Part shown: positions 12,099 through 23,973 of the stretch, piece after piece
Position numbering within the stretch: the stretch's first letter is position 1
Layout of the letters: each line of letters opens with the position of its first letter
NCBI RefSeq assembly: GCF_018350175.1
Contig: NC_058369.1
Span: 12,834,001 to 12,898,000, forward strand
DNA: 64,000 nucleotides
Direction of reading: 5' to 3'
Origin: Felis catus
Lineage: Eukaryota
The notes under the pieces: model-generated
What the model was told of the DNA's origin: nothing
Databases searched by the model: none
The model's input: the letters and a program-made list of their open reading frames with translations, nothing else
Made by a program: the position numbers and the translations under genes

Positions 12099-12265
12099 GC
12101 CTGCTGGCGGTCCTACCGTGTCCGCCGGACGCTGGAGAGGACGCAGGCCGCTGTGTACCTCCAGGCTGCGTGGAGGGGCTACCGGCAACGGGTGGCCTAC
12201 CGGCACCAGAGACAGAGTATCGTCCGCCTGCAGAGCCTCTGCCGGGGTCACCTGCAGCGCAAGAG
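12099..12265 (+). CDS. MYO9B: MYO9B exon, IQ motifs (ACWRSYR...[12 protein letters not shown])
   Basis: AG/GT bounded, 167 nt, IQxxxRGxxxR repeats. Confidence 0.97.
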
Positions 12266-12973
12266 GTGAGCAGAGCCGGCCCCCCTTCGCCCCCCAGCTC
12301 CCCCCAGCCCCGAACGTTCCACCCGCCCGAGAGCTGCCTGAGATGGCTTCTGGCCAGTGGAGCCATCAGGACGTGATTCTAGGCGCAGGGAAGCCGGGAG
12401 GGGCTGGCAGGAGTCTAGCCGTCTGGGCACGCGCGGCCCCAGAGAGAGAGATGCTCCAGGGCTGGTGGGCAGCACCTGCAGATGAAGACAGAGGTCACTG
12501 TTGGCCAGGCTGGCTCTCCACCAGAGACCAACCCTCCCCCCCCCTTCGCTGCACCTGCCCGCCCTGGGCCCCTTAATGAAACACTTGGCTTCAGAGGTGG
12601 AGGGTTCAGGTTGTTAGGACCAGCCCATAGCCGGTTCCCCTTGCCCCATTCTTCTACGTGAATCTCAGGCGTCCACCCAGCCAGGGACCCCAAAGGAACT
12701 CAGGGATTTCTTAACAGATCCTTCCCACGGTAGGGAGACCCAGGGCAGAGGTGGCCATGACAATAAGGGGCCACCTCCTGTATCCCCCTTTCGTAGCTAA
12801 GGAGTTTCCACATTTCCAGAAGCCTCTCCGAGGGCCAGGGTTACCCCATTTAACAGAGGCAGAGCCTGGCCCCTAGCCCACGGGTGGCACAGGGGCCCCT
12901 GATGCCCTGCATGGGTTCTGGAGGTGGCATGCATGTTTGTTCCTGAAATTTCCCCCTTAACGCCTCACACCAG

Positions 12974-13888
12974 CTTCAGGCAGATGGTCGCAGAGAAGCA
13001 GAAGGCTGAAGAGAAGGAGAGGGAGGCCCAGCAAGCCCTGAGGGAAGAAACAGCGGAGGGAGGGCCAGGCCAGGTGGCCGGGCAGGAGCAGGTGCCCAGG
13101 CAGGGCCCGGAACCATCGGAGGACAGGGAGCCTTCGGCAGTGGAGCCCGAGGTGTGGCCAAGCGATGAGCCCCTGGCAGAGAGCTCCCCACCGGAGGAGG
13201 TCCCCAGCCTGGAGAAACCTCCCGCACCCCAGAAGAACCCGGCTGAAAGTCACGAGAAGGTGCCCAGCAGCCGAGAGAAGCGCGAGTCACGGCGGCAGAG
13301 AGGGCTGGAGCACGTGAAGCTCCAGAACAAACACATCCAGTCCTGCAAGGAAGAGATTGCTCTCAGAGAGCCTTCTGGAAGGGCCATCCTCGAGCAAGAA
13401 GAGAGCCTCCCAGAAGACAGAAAGGAGAGCAGAGAAGACGAAACCCTTTCAGACTTGGGCACGGAGGCAGAGAACACTTTTAAGCAGCAGCCGGAGGAGC
13501 CACCGCGGGCTGTGCCAGCCGGCCAGCTGCCCGGAGAAACCCCGAAGGTGCCCCAGGGTGGGGACCCAACGCCTGGCCACGTGGAACGGCCAACCAGCCT
13601 AGCCTTGGACAATAGGGTCGGCGAGCCCACGCCCAGCACCACCCCTGAGACCCCCAAGGACAAGAGCAAGCTGGGTGGTGACCTGAGGGCACAGGACAGG
13701 CCCGAGAGCCCCGGAGGCTCCACCCAGATCCAGCGGTACCGGGACCCGGACTCTGAGCGGCTGGCCAGCGCCGTGGAGCTCTGGCGGGGCAAGAAGCTGA
13801 TGGCTGCCAGTTCCAGCACCATGCTGAGCCAGTCCCTGGACCTCAGCGAGCGGTACCGGGCTATGGAGGCCACTCTCACACCCGCAGA
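12974..13888 (+). CDS. MYO9B: MYO9B large tail exon (FRQMVAEKQ...LTPAE)
   Basis: 915 nt open, contains SREKRESRRQRGLEH and ERPTSLALD; donor GA|GTAAGT. Confidence 0.96.
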
Positions 13889-14579
13889 GTAAGTAAGCCC
13901 CGGGCCCTCCTTGGTCTGAACACCCGGGGTGCCAGGCCGGGTTGGGCGGGCAGGGTGGAGGGACACACAGATTCCTGGCCGCAGGACCAGGGCAGTGCCG
14001 CACGTCCCAAAAGCATGTGAGTGGCTCTGAGTGTGGGAGCCCTGAGGACGGAGGGAGAGGGGGCAGAGGAAGGTGGAGGGGAGGCATCTGGCAGGAGCCG
14101 CTGAGCCTGGGGCCAGCTGGGACCCTGAGGCCCCCGCCACAGCGAGCTGTGTTCACACAGAAATCCCCTGGCTTCGTGGGAAGCAGCGTCTCGGGGCAAA
14201 ATCCCACTCCCCGGCCTGCCTGGGTTTCTGTTTCCTCGGCAGAGATTAGGGGTGATCGCACTCACCCAGGAATTGAAGAGGGGCCCAACTCTTGACCCTT
14301 AGTTAGCTGCATACCGATGACTCCCGAGTCGCCAGCCCGACCTCCCAGAGACCTGCTTGGCCAGAGGGCAAAAGGGCCGGAGGAGGATGTGGGCTGTTAG
14401 GTCGGGCTTTCTGGGCCTCGCACACTGACACCTGTGTCGGGCTCCTTGTCTGGGCTGGGCCGTCCGGCACACTGGGGAGCACCCAGCGGCATCCCTGGTC
14501 CCCTCCCACCCAAGTCGGGACCGCCAAAACTGTCCAACTCGCTCTTGTAAACAAAAGCCACATTTCTGTGATCTCACAG

Positions 14580-14652
14580 GGAGAGGCGCATTTCCTTATC
14601 CACGAGCGACGTCTCCAAGCTCCTCCTGTCCCCGTCCCACACCAAGACTCAG
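14580..14652 (+). CDS. MYO9B: MYO9B exon (ERRISLSTSDVSKLL...KTQ)
   Basis: AG/GT bounded, 73 nt, phase 2 to 0. Confidence 0.92.
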
Positions 14653-14845
14653 GTAAAGCTTCAGGCTGCGGCTGCCACCTGTCAGGGGCCAAACCCGCTT
14701 CTGCCGGGGCGCCCTGGCCCTGCCCGAAGGGCAACGTAAAAGAGAAGGGAAGTCGGTGGATGGAGTGCACGGGGAGCGGAGCACCCCCGCTTTCCCTCCA
14801 GCAGGTCCTGCCTGCCTTTGCTCACCCAGCCCTGTTCTCTGGCAG

Positions 14846-14970
14846 CCTTCTACAGAAACGGTGGACGGGGAGGCCGGCACCAAGAAGCTGGCCGTCCAGA
14901 AGAAGAAGTCGGGCGACGCTTCTGCCGGCACAGATTCCGGGCTGTCCCCAGGCTCCCAGGCAGACTCTAA
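14846..14970 (+). CDS. MYO9B: MYO9B exon (PSTETVDGE...QADSK)
   Basis: AG/GT bounded, 125 nt. Confidence 0.92.
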
Positions 14971-15489
14971 GTAAGTGTGGGGTCTGGACGTGGCTCAAGT
15001 CACCAGGGGATGCCCAGGGTCCCTGCCACGGCCTCCCATCTCAGAGCAGTCTGGTCTCCTGAACTGACGGCAGTTAGGATGCACGGTGGGGCAGGTGTTC
15101 GCTCAGCCTGTGATGAGAGATCCCTCACAGAGCCCAGGTCACGCCCCCCTCATGTGCCAGCGTGGCCACTCGCCAGCCTGATGACTGCCACTAAGGTCTG
15201 GAGCCCCCTCCTCTGGGTCCCCTCCTCTGGGTCCACAGAGAGACGGTTTCCATTTGACTTGTTACGGTATCCAAATCCAGCCCCCTCTACCTTAGAAACC
15301 CCTCCTGGGTCCTGGGATGGAAGAAACTGGGCCAAGACTCTGTCCCCAGAAAGCGCCACAGAAGTGCTCCAGATGGTTCCATCACAGAGCAGAGAGGATG
15401 GGCCATGGGACAGGCAGGGCTTTGATCCTAACGCAGAGACGGGAGGCGGAGGAAGGGCCAGCACAGGCTTGGAGAGGCAGGCAGAACGA

Positions 15490-16140
15490 AGCCCCACAAA
15501 CCAGGGGGGCTTCCAACAACTGGAATTCACTTCTCACAGTCCTGGCGGCCACGAGTCCGAGATCAGGGTGTCCGCAGGGCGGCTCCCTCGGACGGCCCTG
15601 GGGAAGGGCCCTTCCTCGCCTCTTCCGGTTCCTGGGGGCTCCGGGTGTCCTTGGCTTGTGGCTGCATCAGCCCATCTCCGCCCCCGTCTTCTCTCTCTGA
15701 CATTCTTCTCTCTGTGTTTTCTCTTTCTCTGTCTCTTATGAGGATACTTGTCACTGGATTTAAGGCCCAACTGGGTATTCCGGATGGTCTCAGCCCCAAG
15801 TGCTTCATTTAGCGTCTGCTCTAACAAAACTGCCACAGACTAAGTGGCTTGAACTACATGTGTTTCTTACGGTTCTGGGGGCTAGGAGTTCAAGACCAAG
15901 GTACCAGGAGATGCAGTATGTGGTGGGGGCGACTTCCTGGTTCACAGATGGCATCTTCTCACTGGGGCCTCATGTGGCAGGAAGGGCAAGGGAACTCGCT
16001 GGGGCCCTTTTTGTAAGGGTGTTAGTCCCATTTATAGGGACTCTACCCCCGTGATCTAATCAGCCCCCTGATACCATCACACTGGGGATTAGACTTCAGC
16101 ATACGAATTTGGGGCGACAAAGACATTCAGATTGTGGCAC
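15490..16140 (-). mobile_element. Two MLT1-type (ERVL-MaLR) LTR fragments, with a continuation at about 16590-16685
   Basis: CCACAAAC...TTCTCACAGTCCTGG...GAGTCCGAGATCAGGGTGTC and TAACAAAACTGCCACAGACTAAGTGGCTT...ATACGAATTTGGGG. Confidence 0.7.
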
Positions 16141-16167
16141 ATAGAACTTAGTCACATCTGCAGAGAC

Positions 16168-16587
16168 TTTTTTTTTTTTTTGAGATCTACAGAGACAGTA
16201 CAAGTGGGGGTGGGGGGAGAGAATCCCAAGCGGGCCCCTTGCTGCCAGCGTGGAGCCTGACGCGGGGCTCACATTCAAGAAACCACGAGGTCTTTGGGGC
16301 GCCTGGGTGGCTCAGTAGGTCGAGCAGCCGACTCCGGCTCAGGTCATGATCTCGCCGTCTGTGAGTTCGAGCCCCGCGTTGGGCTCTGTGCTGACAGTTC
16401 AGAGCCTGGAGTCTGCTTCAGATTCTGTGTCTCCCCTTCTCTCTGCCCCTCCCCTGCTTGTGCTCTCTCTGTCTTTCAAAAATGAATAAACATAAAAATA
16501 AAAATTAAAAAAAGAAAGAAACCACGAGGTCATGACCTGAGCCAAAACCAAGAGTGAGACACTTAACCGACTGAGCCACCGGCGCCC
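16168..16587. mobile_element. Antisense CanSINE interrupted by a sense CanSINE (about 16296-16515)
   Basis: 16-nt TSD AAGAAACCACGAGGTC at 16277-16292 and 16516-16531. Confidence 0.88.
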
Positions 16588-17006
16588 CTGCAAAGACCCT
16601 TTTCCCAAATAAAGTCACACGCCCAGGTCCTGAGCGTTATTTAGCACATGGACACATCTTTTGGGGGGCACACCATTCAGTGTATGATTTGGCATGTGTT
16701 TGATTTTTTCCCCCTGAAACTTGGGCCCGTAAAAACACATTAAGGGGGCAGAGCGTAAGTTATATATATATATATTTTTTAATGAGAATGGGGTCATGCT
16801 GTGGTGGCTTCCCTGCATCTTGCTTTTTTACCTGACCCCCCCCTTGTCAGTTCACACAAACCAATCTCATTTTTAGTAGCATCTCATTGCGCTGACAACC
16901 AAGAAAAGCGTTATTTTTTCTCTATAAGTAAGAGGACCTTTCCTTCAGCCTTGCTTCCGTGGTCATTTCCAGAGGCTTAAATGAAACCCCTTACTTTCCC
17001 CTACAG

Positions 17007-17140
17007 ATCCACTTTTAAAAGACTTTTCTTGCACAAGAACAAGGATAAAAAAGCCAGCCTGGAGGGTGTGGAGGAAACTGAGAACACAGTGCCAGGGCAC
17101 ACGGTGCTGGAAGCTGCTGCCACCAAGAAGAATCTAGAAG
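17007..17140 (+). CDS. MYO9B: MYO9B exon (STFKRLFLHK...KKNLE)
   Basis: AG/GT bounded, 134 nt. Confidence 0.94.
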
Positions 17141-17371
17141 GTTGGTTGCTGGCAGCCTCAGGGATGGATGGTGGAGCCGCCAGGGTCCCTGGGGACGTGT
17201 GCTACCTCCAGGTGGGGCCTTGGGCACAGGGCTTCAGGGCTGGTCCCAGCCCCACCAGGGCACTTTCTGGCTGCAGACCCCGGTTCACGGCAGGGCAGGG
17301 TCCTGGTTCTCTGTGTGTGTGACCCTGCCTCCCCCAGCACCCACCTCACCAGCGGCTCCTTCTCCCTCCAG

Positions 17372-17562
17372 CCTCCTCCAGCCACCAGCACCGCCACGCG
17401 GCCGGGGAGAAGCACGCCAAGGAGCCAGGAGGCAAAGGGAAGAAGAACCGAAACCTCAAGATCGGCAGAATCACGGTGTCAGAGAAGTGGCGGGAGTCGG
17501 TGTTCCGCCAGATCACCAACGCCAACGAGCTCAAGTACCTGGATGAGTTCCTGCTCAACAAG
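17372..17562 (+). CDS. MYO9B: MYO9B exon (...[10 protein letters not shown]...LDEFLLNK)
   Basis: AG/GT bounded, 191 nt. Confidence 0.94.
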
Positions 17563-17840
17563 GTGGGTCACCCAGGGGCACGTACGGCGTCGCGGGGGGA
17601 CACGCAGTGTCAGAGCTGGGCCTCCCCAGAAGGGTTTTCACCACCCGGCCGTTTTCTGAGCCGCCACACCACAGCCCTTCGTGCGCCGGGAACAGAAAAT
17701 CCAGGTGCACAGTTCCGGCACAGAAAGTTCCGGAAACCAGATGAGAACCCCTCCCTGGGCTCACGTGAGAACACCTGCAGCCGGTGTTCCTGTTGCTCAC
17801 CACAGATGTTTACATCTCGTGTAAAAACTCAGTGGGTCTT

Positions 17841-18205
17841 GAGGTGCTGGCTCAGGCGGTAGAGCATGGGACTCTTGATCTCAGGGTCGTGGGTTCAAGC
17901 CCCACGTTGGGCATGGAGCTTACTTTAAAAAAAAGAAAAAAAAGGTCAGCGGGTCTTAATACAGGGACTGCACAGAAAATGTAGAACCGGGGCACCTGGG
18001 TGGCTCAGTCGGGCACCCAACTTCGGCTCAGGTCATGATCTCACAGTTTGTAAGTTCGAGCCCCGCATCAGGCTCTGTGCTGACCGCTCAGAGCCCGGAG
18101 CCCGCTTCGGATTCCGTGTCTCCCTCTCTCTCCAACCCTCCCCCGTTTATGCCCTGTCTCTCTCCCAAAAATAAACATTAGAAATTTAAAAGGAAAAAAA
18201 AAAAT
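17841..18205 (+). mobile_element. Two CanSINEs (short form about 17841-17945; full form about 17989-18205)
   Basis: A/B boxes and A tails. Confidence 0.85.
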
Positions 18206-18358
18206 ACACTTTTAACGAAACACGTTGGGTCTCAGGGCAGGTGCTGATTGAGTGCTTAGTGTATACAGTGGAGCTGAATTAGTAACCACGGCATGGATCC
18301 GGGGCGTGGCTCAGTGTTAAGTGCCTGTGAGGGCTGGCAGGAAGGGCCCCAGCTAGAC

Positions 18359-18530
18359 CAGTGGTTTTCAACCAGAGATGGTCCTGCCCCAGGAGATACT
18401 CTGGGACATCTGCAGACATTTTTGACTGTCCTGACTGGGGAGTGCTACTGGCATCTGGGGCGTGGGGTCCAGGGGTGCTGATCAACAGCCCCCAGTGTGA
18501 TCCAGCCCCAAATGTTGGGTGCTGTAAACC
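18359..18530 (+). mobile_element. MER20-like element
   Basis: CAGTGGTTTTCAACC...CAGACATTTTTGACTGTC...GTGCTACTGGCATCT. Confidence 0.65.
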
Positions 18531-18684
18531 CGAACTAAGGGGACTGGAAGGACCGGGATTAGCCAGAGGGCCTGGATTTTTTCCCAGAGGAGCCAGGGAA
18601 GGACTGGGGACAGAGCGGAACAGCCACCAATCAGATGCAAAACCTGAGGTCACTCAGGGTCAGCGCACCTCTTTCTTCCTACAG

Positions 18685-18783
18685 ATAAACGACCTGCGCT
18701 CCCAGAAGACCCCCATTGAGAGTTTATTCATCGAAGCCACCGAGAAGTTCAGGAGCAACCTCAAAACCATGTACTCTGTCCCC
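18685..18783 (+). CDS. MYO9B: MYO9B exon (INDLRSQK...MYSVP)
   Basis: AG/GT bounded, 99 nt. Confidence 0.96.
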
Positions 18784-18894
18784 GTACGTGCAGCCCCCAG
18801 CCCTGGCGAGGGCCCCTGTGGGGATCCCCATGGCCTCTCCCGGGCGCCTCCCCCTTCTGTCTTTCCCCCCCGGGTCACGCCTGCATCCCTGCAG

Positions 18895-19068
18895 AATGGC
18901 AAGATCCACGTCGGCTACAAGGACCTGATGGAGAACTACCAGATTGTCGTGAACAACCTGGCGGCCGAGCGGGGGGAGAAGGACACCAACTTGGTCCTCA
19001 ACCTTTTCCAGTCGCTGCTCGACGAGTTCACCCGCGGACACACCAAGAATGACTTCGAGCCGCCCAAG
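18895..19068 (+). CDS. MYO9B: MYO9B exon (NGKIHVGY...DFEPPK)
   Basis: AG/GT bounded, 174 nt. Confidence 0.96.
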
Positions 19069-19151
19069 GTTGGTGGCGCGGCTTCGGGGACGGGGGCAGG
19101 CGGGGGCGCTCCCGGGGCCCACACAGACTTCGCCTCTGTGCCCCCTCACAG

Positions 19152-19193
19152 CCGAGCAAAGCCCAGAAGAAGAAGCGGAAGCAGGACCGTGCT
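19152..19193 (+). CDS. MYO9B: MYO9B 42-nt exon ([14 protein letters not shown])
   Basis: CACAG| acceptor, |GTGAGT donor. Confidence 0.93.
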
Positions 19194-19388
19194 GTGAGTA
19201 TTTGCACGCGTGCGAGAGAGTGTGTGTGTGTGTGTGAGCGTGTTTTCCCGCCCAGCCCTAGGGAACCCGGCCGTGAATGGGAACCTCGGCCCCAATATGC
19301 CACGGGCCGCGTGCACGCTGGGCGGCCCCGTGGTGAGACCGTGGAGGGTCTGCCCTCGCCGCTCAGCGCCCTCCTCCACCGCCCCCAG

Positions 19389-19500
19389 GTCCAGCACCAC
19401 AACGGGCACGTATTCGCCAGCTACCAGGTGAGCATCCCTCAGTCGTGTGAGCAGTGTCTCTCCTACATCTGGCTCATGGACAAGGCCCTGCTCTGCAGCG
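19389..19500 (+). CDS. MYO9B: MYO9B exon, C1 zinc finger first half (VQHHNGHVF...LLCS)
   Basis: H-x12-CxxC pattern, AG/GT bounded. Confidence 0.96.
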
Positions 19501-20239
19501 GTGAGTGCCCCAAACCCCCGCATCCCCTAACGCTGTCACCACTCCCCCTGACCCTTCACTTTGTCTCCCCCCCCACCCTCCACACCACACCTCCGGACCC
19601 TCCCACTGCAGCCCCTGACCCTTCCCCATGCCCAAGAACCCTCCACAACATCTTTGGCTCACCTGCTGCACCCCCTGACCCTCACCTTGCCCTGGGACCC
19701 TCCTACCAAGCCCCCTGATCCCCCACCATGTCCCCAACCCCTCACTGTGCACCAGGGCCTTCACTCAAGCCACACGGTGGATCTTTCTGGAACACTGCCC
19801 TCGCCACACCTCACGCACTCAGACCTCCCACTGTCACCCTGGGGCAGATCCCGATTCTCAGCCAGCCCTGAGGCCCCCAGCCACCTCTGCAGCCTGCCCT
19901 CCACCTCGCCAGGTTACCCCACGTCCTTCCTCCAAGCCCGTCAACACACTGCCCCTGCTGCCTGAACTCCAGCGCCTCTCTCGACCCCCCGAGTCCCTCC
20001 CTCATGTGCCAGGCGAGGTCAGTCAGCCCCACAGGAACCCCGAGAAACATACAGCCCAGGATGACCCAGCTGGCAGGAGGCCGGGGCCGGGTCAGTCGGT
20101 CTCTGGCAGTTGTATTTTCCTGCAGGGATCAGCTTTCTCTCCCTGGGCCTCTCTCTCTTCTGCCCGGGGTCTCCTGTCTCCTCAGTCCCTGTGTAAAGAG
20201 CGATCTGTCCCCTCATGTCCATCACAAATACCCAGGCAG

Positions 20240-20333
20240 TGCTTCTGATTCTGTGTCTCCCTTTCCCTCTGCCCCTCCCCCGCTCACGCTCTGTCTCTCA
20301 AAAATAAATAAAAATGTTAAAAAAAAAAAAAAA
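20240..20333 (+). mobile_element. 5'-truncated CanSINE
   Basis: Only the 3' half and tail present; flanked by ACCCAGGCAGT direct repeats. Confidence 0.8.
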
Positions 20334-20665
20334 CCCAGGCAGTTGTCACCGTCCTGAGACAAGGACACTAGCTGCCCTCTCCTTTTTGGTCTCAGCCCAT
20401 TTCCTCTCTCAAGTATGCCCCTGCCCCCCACCTCCCCCCTCCCGAGCCCTTGCTCCTGTCCCGCCGGCCGGGCTCTGAGGCCACACAGAGTCACCAGCTG
20501 TGAACATCTGCCCACGTGGCTTCCTCACCTGGGCATCAGGGCAGGGATTCGTAGGACTCCAATTTAGAAGCTGGTCAGCGGGTCCCTGGCCGACAGGGCA
20601 GGCGGCCTCGGGAAACCGGGGTCCTCGATGCATCATCTGTGACCACCCCCCCCCTTACCTCCTAG

Positions 20666-20739
20666 TGTGCAAGATGACCTGCCACAAGAAGTGTGTGCCC
20701 AAGATTCAGACCTACTGCGCCTACGCATGCAGGAGAAAG
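20666..20739 (+). CDS. MYO9B: MYO9B exon, C1 zinc finger second half ([10 protein letters not shown]...RRK)
   Basis: CxxxCHxxC pattern, AG/GT bounded. Confidence 0.96.
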
Positions 20740-21192
20740 GTGAGCAGGCCGGGAACTTTCCGGAACACCTAGGGGAGGCACTCCCGAGCGATGCAGAGGA
20801 GAGGGTGTGCTTGGTGCCAGGCCAGCGTAGGGTGTCAGACGAGGGGCTGGTTTGCAGCCCCTGTTCTGTCAGAGCCCCTCGGGGTCTCCTGAGACAGGAC
20901 TGGGCTTATACGTGCGTCTCAGACCCCCAGCCCTGCCCCGCCCGAGACCCAGGAGGGCGTCCCCAACTCTGCGTGAGGGAGGCAGGGTCCCAAGCACTGG
21001 AGCTGCAGCGGAAGCAGGACCAACCACCCTGAGGCAGCTGGGGCCGCTCCGCAGGGGGAGCCCCTGCCCAGCGGCCAGCAAGCTCACCTCCCCAGCCAGG
21101 CGCCCCCAGCAGCCTATGGGGGGCGTGAGGGGCAGGGAGGGTAGAGCCCACACAGGAGACCTGACCCCCCCCCCCCACCTCTGGTACTGCAG

Positions 21193-21385
21193 AGCGAGCC
21201 AGGCGCCGAGCCGGGCCACTTCGGCGTGTGCGTGGACAGCCTGACCAGTGACAAGGCCTCAGTGCCTGTTGTGCTGGAGAAGCTTCTGGAACATGTGGAG
21301 ATGCACGGCCTGTACACCGAGGGCCTCTACCGCAAGTCGGGCGCTGCCAACCGCACGCGGGAGCTCCGACAGGCACTGCAGACAG
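21193..21385 (+). CDS. MYO9B: MYO9B exon, RhoGAP start ([12 protein letters not shown]...GLYRKSG...LQT)
   Basis: Arginine finger motif, AG/GT bounded. Confidence 0.97.
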
Positions 21386-21473
21386 GTGGGTGTCCGGGGG
21401 GAGTGGGCACGAGGGGGCTGGGGCACAGCCCCCCTGCCTGCGTTCACCAGCCCCGCCCCCCGCCTCCCCGCAG

Positions 21474-21602
21474 ACCCCGCGGCCGTCAAGCTGGAGAACT
21501 TCCCCATCCATGCCATCACCGGCGTGCTCAAGCAGTGGCTTCGGGAGCTGCCTGAGCCCCTCATGACTTTTGCCCAGTACGGCGACTTCCTCCGAGCCGT
21601 AG
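21474..21602 (+). CDS. MYO9B: MYO9B exon, RhoGAP (PAAVKLENF...[12 protein letters not shown]...RAV)
   Basis: RhoGAP [12 protein letters not shown] motif. Confidence 0.97.
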
Positions 21603-21860
21603 GTGAGTCCCACAGCAGCAGCGAGGGCAGGGCAGGTGGCCACGGCCAGGGTTGGAACCACGCGCGCTCACTGCGGCTAATCGGGGAGCACAGCTGAGAA
21701 GCCAAGGCTCAAAGCAGCCGGCCCGGTGCGGGTCCCCAGCCTAGGGCACGTAGCCCTTGTGGCCCTGCATCTGGCCCCACGTGGCGGGGGGGCTCCCCTG
21801 CGCCCCGGGAACGTTGGGGGGGCCAGCGCTATGGGGAGCTGACGCCCTGGGTCCTTCCAG

Positions 21861-21966
21861 AGCTGCCGGGAAAGCAGGAGCAGCTGGCCGCCATCTACAC
21901 CGTCCTGGAGCACCTGCCTGAGGCCAACCACAACTCATTGGAGAGGCTCATCTTCCACCTCGTCAA
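21861..21966 (+). CDS. MYO9B: MYO9B exon, RhoGAP (LPGKQEQL...IFHLVK), GC donor
   Basis: Frame with the next exon requires donor AA|GCAAGT. Confidence 0.93.
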
Positions 21967-22260
21967 GCAAGTGCCTGCCACCTGCTCTTGTGGGGTGGGG
22001 GTCCCCATCAGGAGCCCCGCCACAGTGTTCCCTGGGCCAGCGTTCTCTGGTGGTTGCACCCCAGGCCCCGGGGCCGGGTTGGGGGCGGGGGTCGGGGAGG
22101 GGCCCCCCACGCTCTCCTGCGGTGGCTCTCTGCCCCATGGAAGCGAGGTGCTAGCCTCCACCTCCAGGGTCTGGAGGCACTTTTCCTGGCAGCAGCCCCA
22201 GGGTCCTGGCCTCCAGTCTCGGGGCTCCCTGGCCACCCCTAACTGCCGCTCACCACGCAG

Positions 22261-22392
22261 GGTGGCCCTGCTCGAGGACGTGAACCGCATGTCGCCCAGT
22301 GCTCTCGCTATCATCTTCGCACCCTGCCTCCTGCGCTGCCCTGACAACTCAGACCCACTGACCAGCATGAAGGATGTCCTCAAGGTCACCAC
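22261..22392 (+). CDS. MYO9B: MYO9B exon, RhoGAP ([10 protein letters not shown]...KVTT)
   Basis: NRMxxxxLAIIFAP motif, 132 nt. Confidence 0.96.
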
Positions 22393-23350
22393 GTGAGTGC
22401 CAGGCGCCGGGGCCCCCGCGCGGTCTCCTCCGGCAGCTAGGGCATCACTTCCGAATGCTTTGGAGGCTGGAGAACACAGAAAGGAGGAGAAAGCCCTCGT
22501 CTCCAGTTGCAGGGCGAGGGGCAGACGGCAAAGCCCCGCGTTCCCGGCCTCTGGTTAGCAACAAGAGCCGTCAGGAAAAGCAGCAGTGGCCTGGGGGTGT
22601 CTTCCCCTTCTCCCCACCGCGCCATCCTCAAAAGTTTTCAAAGTTCTTCAAAAGAACTCAGAAGAAAGTCGTTAGACATCAGCCACCAAGAGGACATTGT
22701 TTAGGCTTCGAATTGTAAAAATAAGAACGTGTCACCCTAGGCGGTTTCTTGGGCGGCCCTGACGCTACCCCAGTAGCCGCGTGGTGTTGACAGAGTTCCT
22801 TCCGGCCTCTTCCGCCACACTCTTTGCTCCTTTTTTCCTCATGTGGTCGAGATGTCGGGAGACCTGAGCTGCGATTCTTTCTCCGGGCTGAGCTGCCCGC
22901 CCTCCCCCCACTGACCACTGCAGGCTGAGCCCCCCACACACTTAACCACTCACAGTGCACCTTCTGGAGCCCTTGGGGTGGCTTGCCTGCGGCCCCTGTG
23001 ACAAATCGCCCAGCCTCCCCGTTCCTCATGCTTCCACGGGAGGTGGGAGAACCCCCACCCCGCAGGGTGACTATGAGGGATCGGTTCACTCTGATCCGCG
23101 TACTGTACTTCCTCCTTCAAACCAGGCTGGTTGAGTCCGAGGCTCAGGCTCAGAGAGGTGGAGTGAGCCGCACGAGGTCACACGGTGAGCTGGCACCAAG
23201 ATGACACAGCCCACGGCTGTGTCTGTGGCCCTGCCTGGTCTCTGGATCTCTGCCTGGCCGCCGTGCCCCAGTCTCCGGGCAGTGCCTCTCTAGACGCCAG
23301 GCCCTGACGCTGGCCGTCCTGGGGCAGTGACTGAGTCACCTTCTCCGCAG

Positions 23351-23474
23351 GTGCGTGGAGATGCTGATCAAGGAACAGATGAGGAAGTACAAGGTGAAGA
23401 TGGAGGAGATCAGCCAGCTGGAAGCCGCGGAGAGCATCGCCTTCCGCAGACTCTCCCTCCTGCGACAGAACACT
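23351..23474 (+). CDS. MYO9B: MYO9B exon (CVEMLIKEQ...LRQNT)
   Basis: AG/GT bounded, 124 nt. Confidence 0.96.
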
Positions 23475-23925
23475 GTGAGTGGAGGGGTGGGCGGGGCCGG
23501 TGGGCGGGGCTTGGGCGTGGGGCGGGGCCTCACGCCATCCTTGCCCTCCCTGCCCACCCTCGGCCACAAGCTGCCTGGCCAGGGGCCTCATGGGAGCAAG
23601 GTTGGGAGGCAGGTCCCCCACATCGGCTAAACGACCGCCTCCCTCCCCCAGCCTCATGCCGACTGCCCCTCAAAGGGCAGCAGGGCACCTGGCACCCGCT
23701 TGGTGATGGTTCAGGTCATCCACCAGCCCCGCCTACGGGGAAGACTTCCCACAGCAGAAGTGGCCCTACAGTGGGGGTGGGGGCTGAGGGGGAGGCAGGT
23801 CTGGGGCTCCCGGGGGAGGACCCCGTCCTTGTCCCCGCAGCCAGATGTGGCTCCGGTGCCCGTGACTTACACCCGTGTGGTGATCGTGGCCCTGTGTGGT
23901 CACCCTCTGTTCATCTCTTTCCCAG

Positions 23926-23973
23926 CCATGGCCTCTCAAACTGGGGTTTTCGTCTCCCTATGAGGGGGTCCTG
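23926..23973 (+). CDS. MYO9B: MYO9B 48-nt cassette exon (PWPLKLGFSSPYEGVL)
   Basis: Phase 0/0, CCCAG| and |GTATGT; peptide matches the recalled human alternative exon. Confidence 0.92.

Noticed and set aside
13250-14140. 296-aa minus-strand ORF
   Set aside because: Antisense shadow of the large MYO9B tail exon
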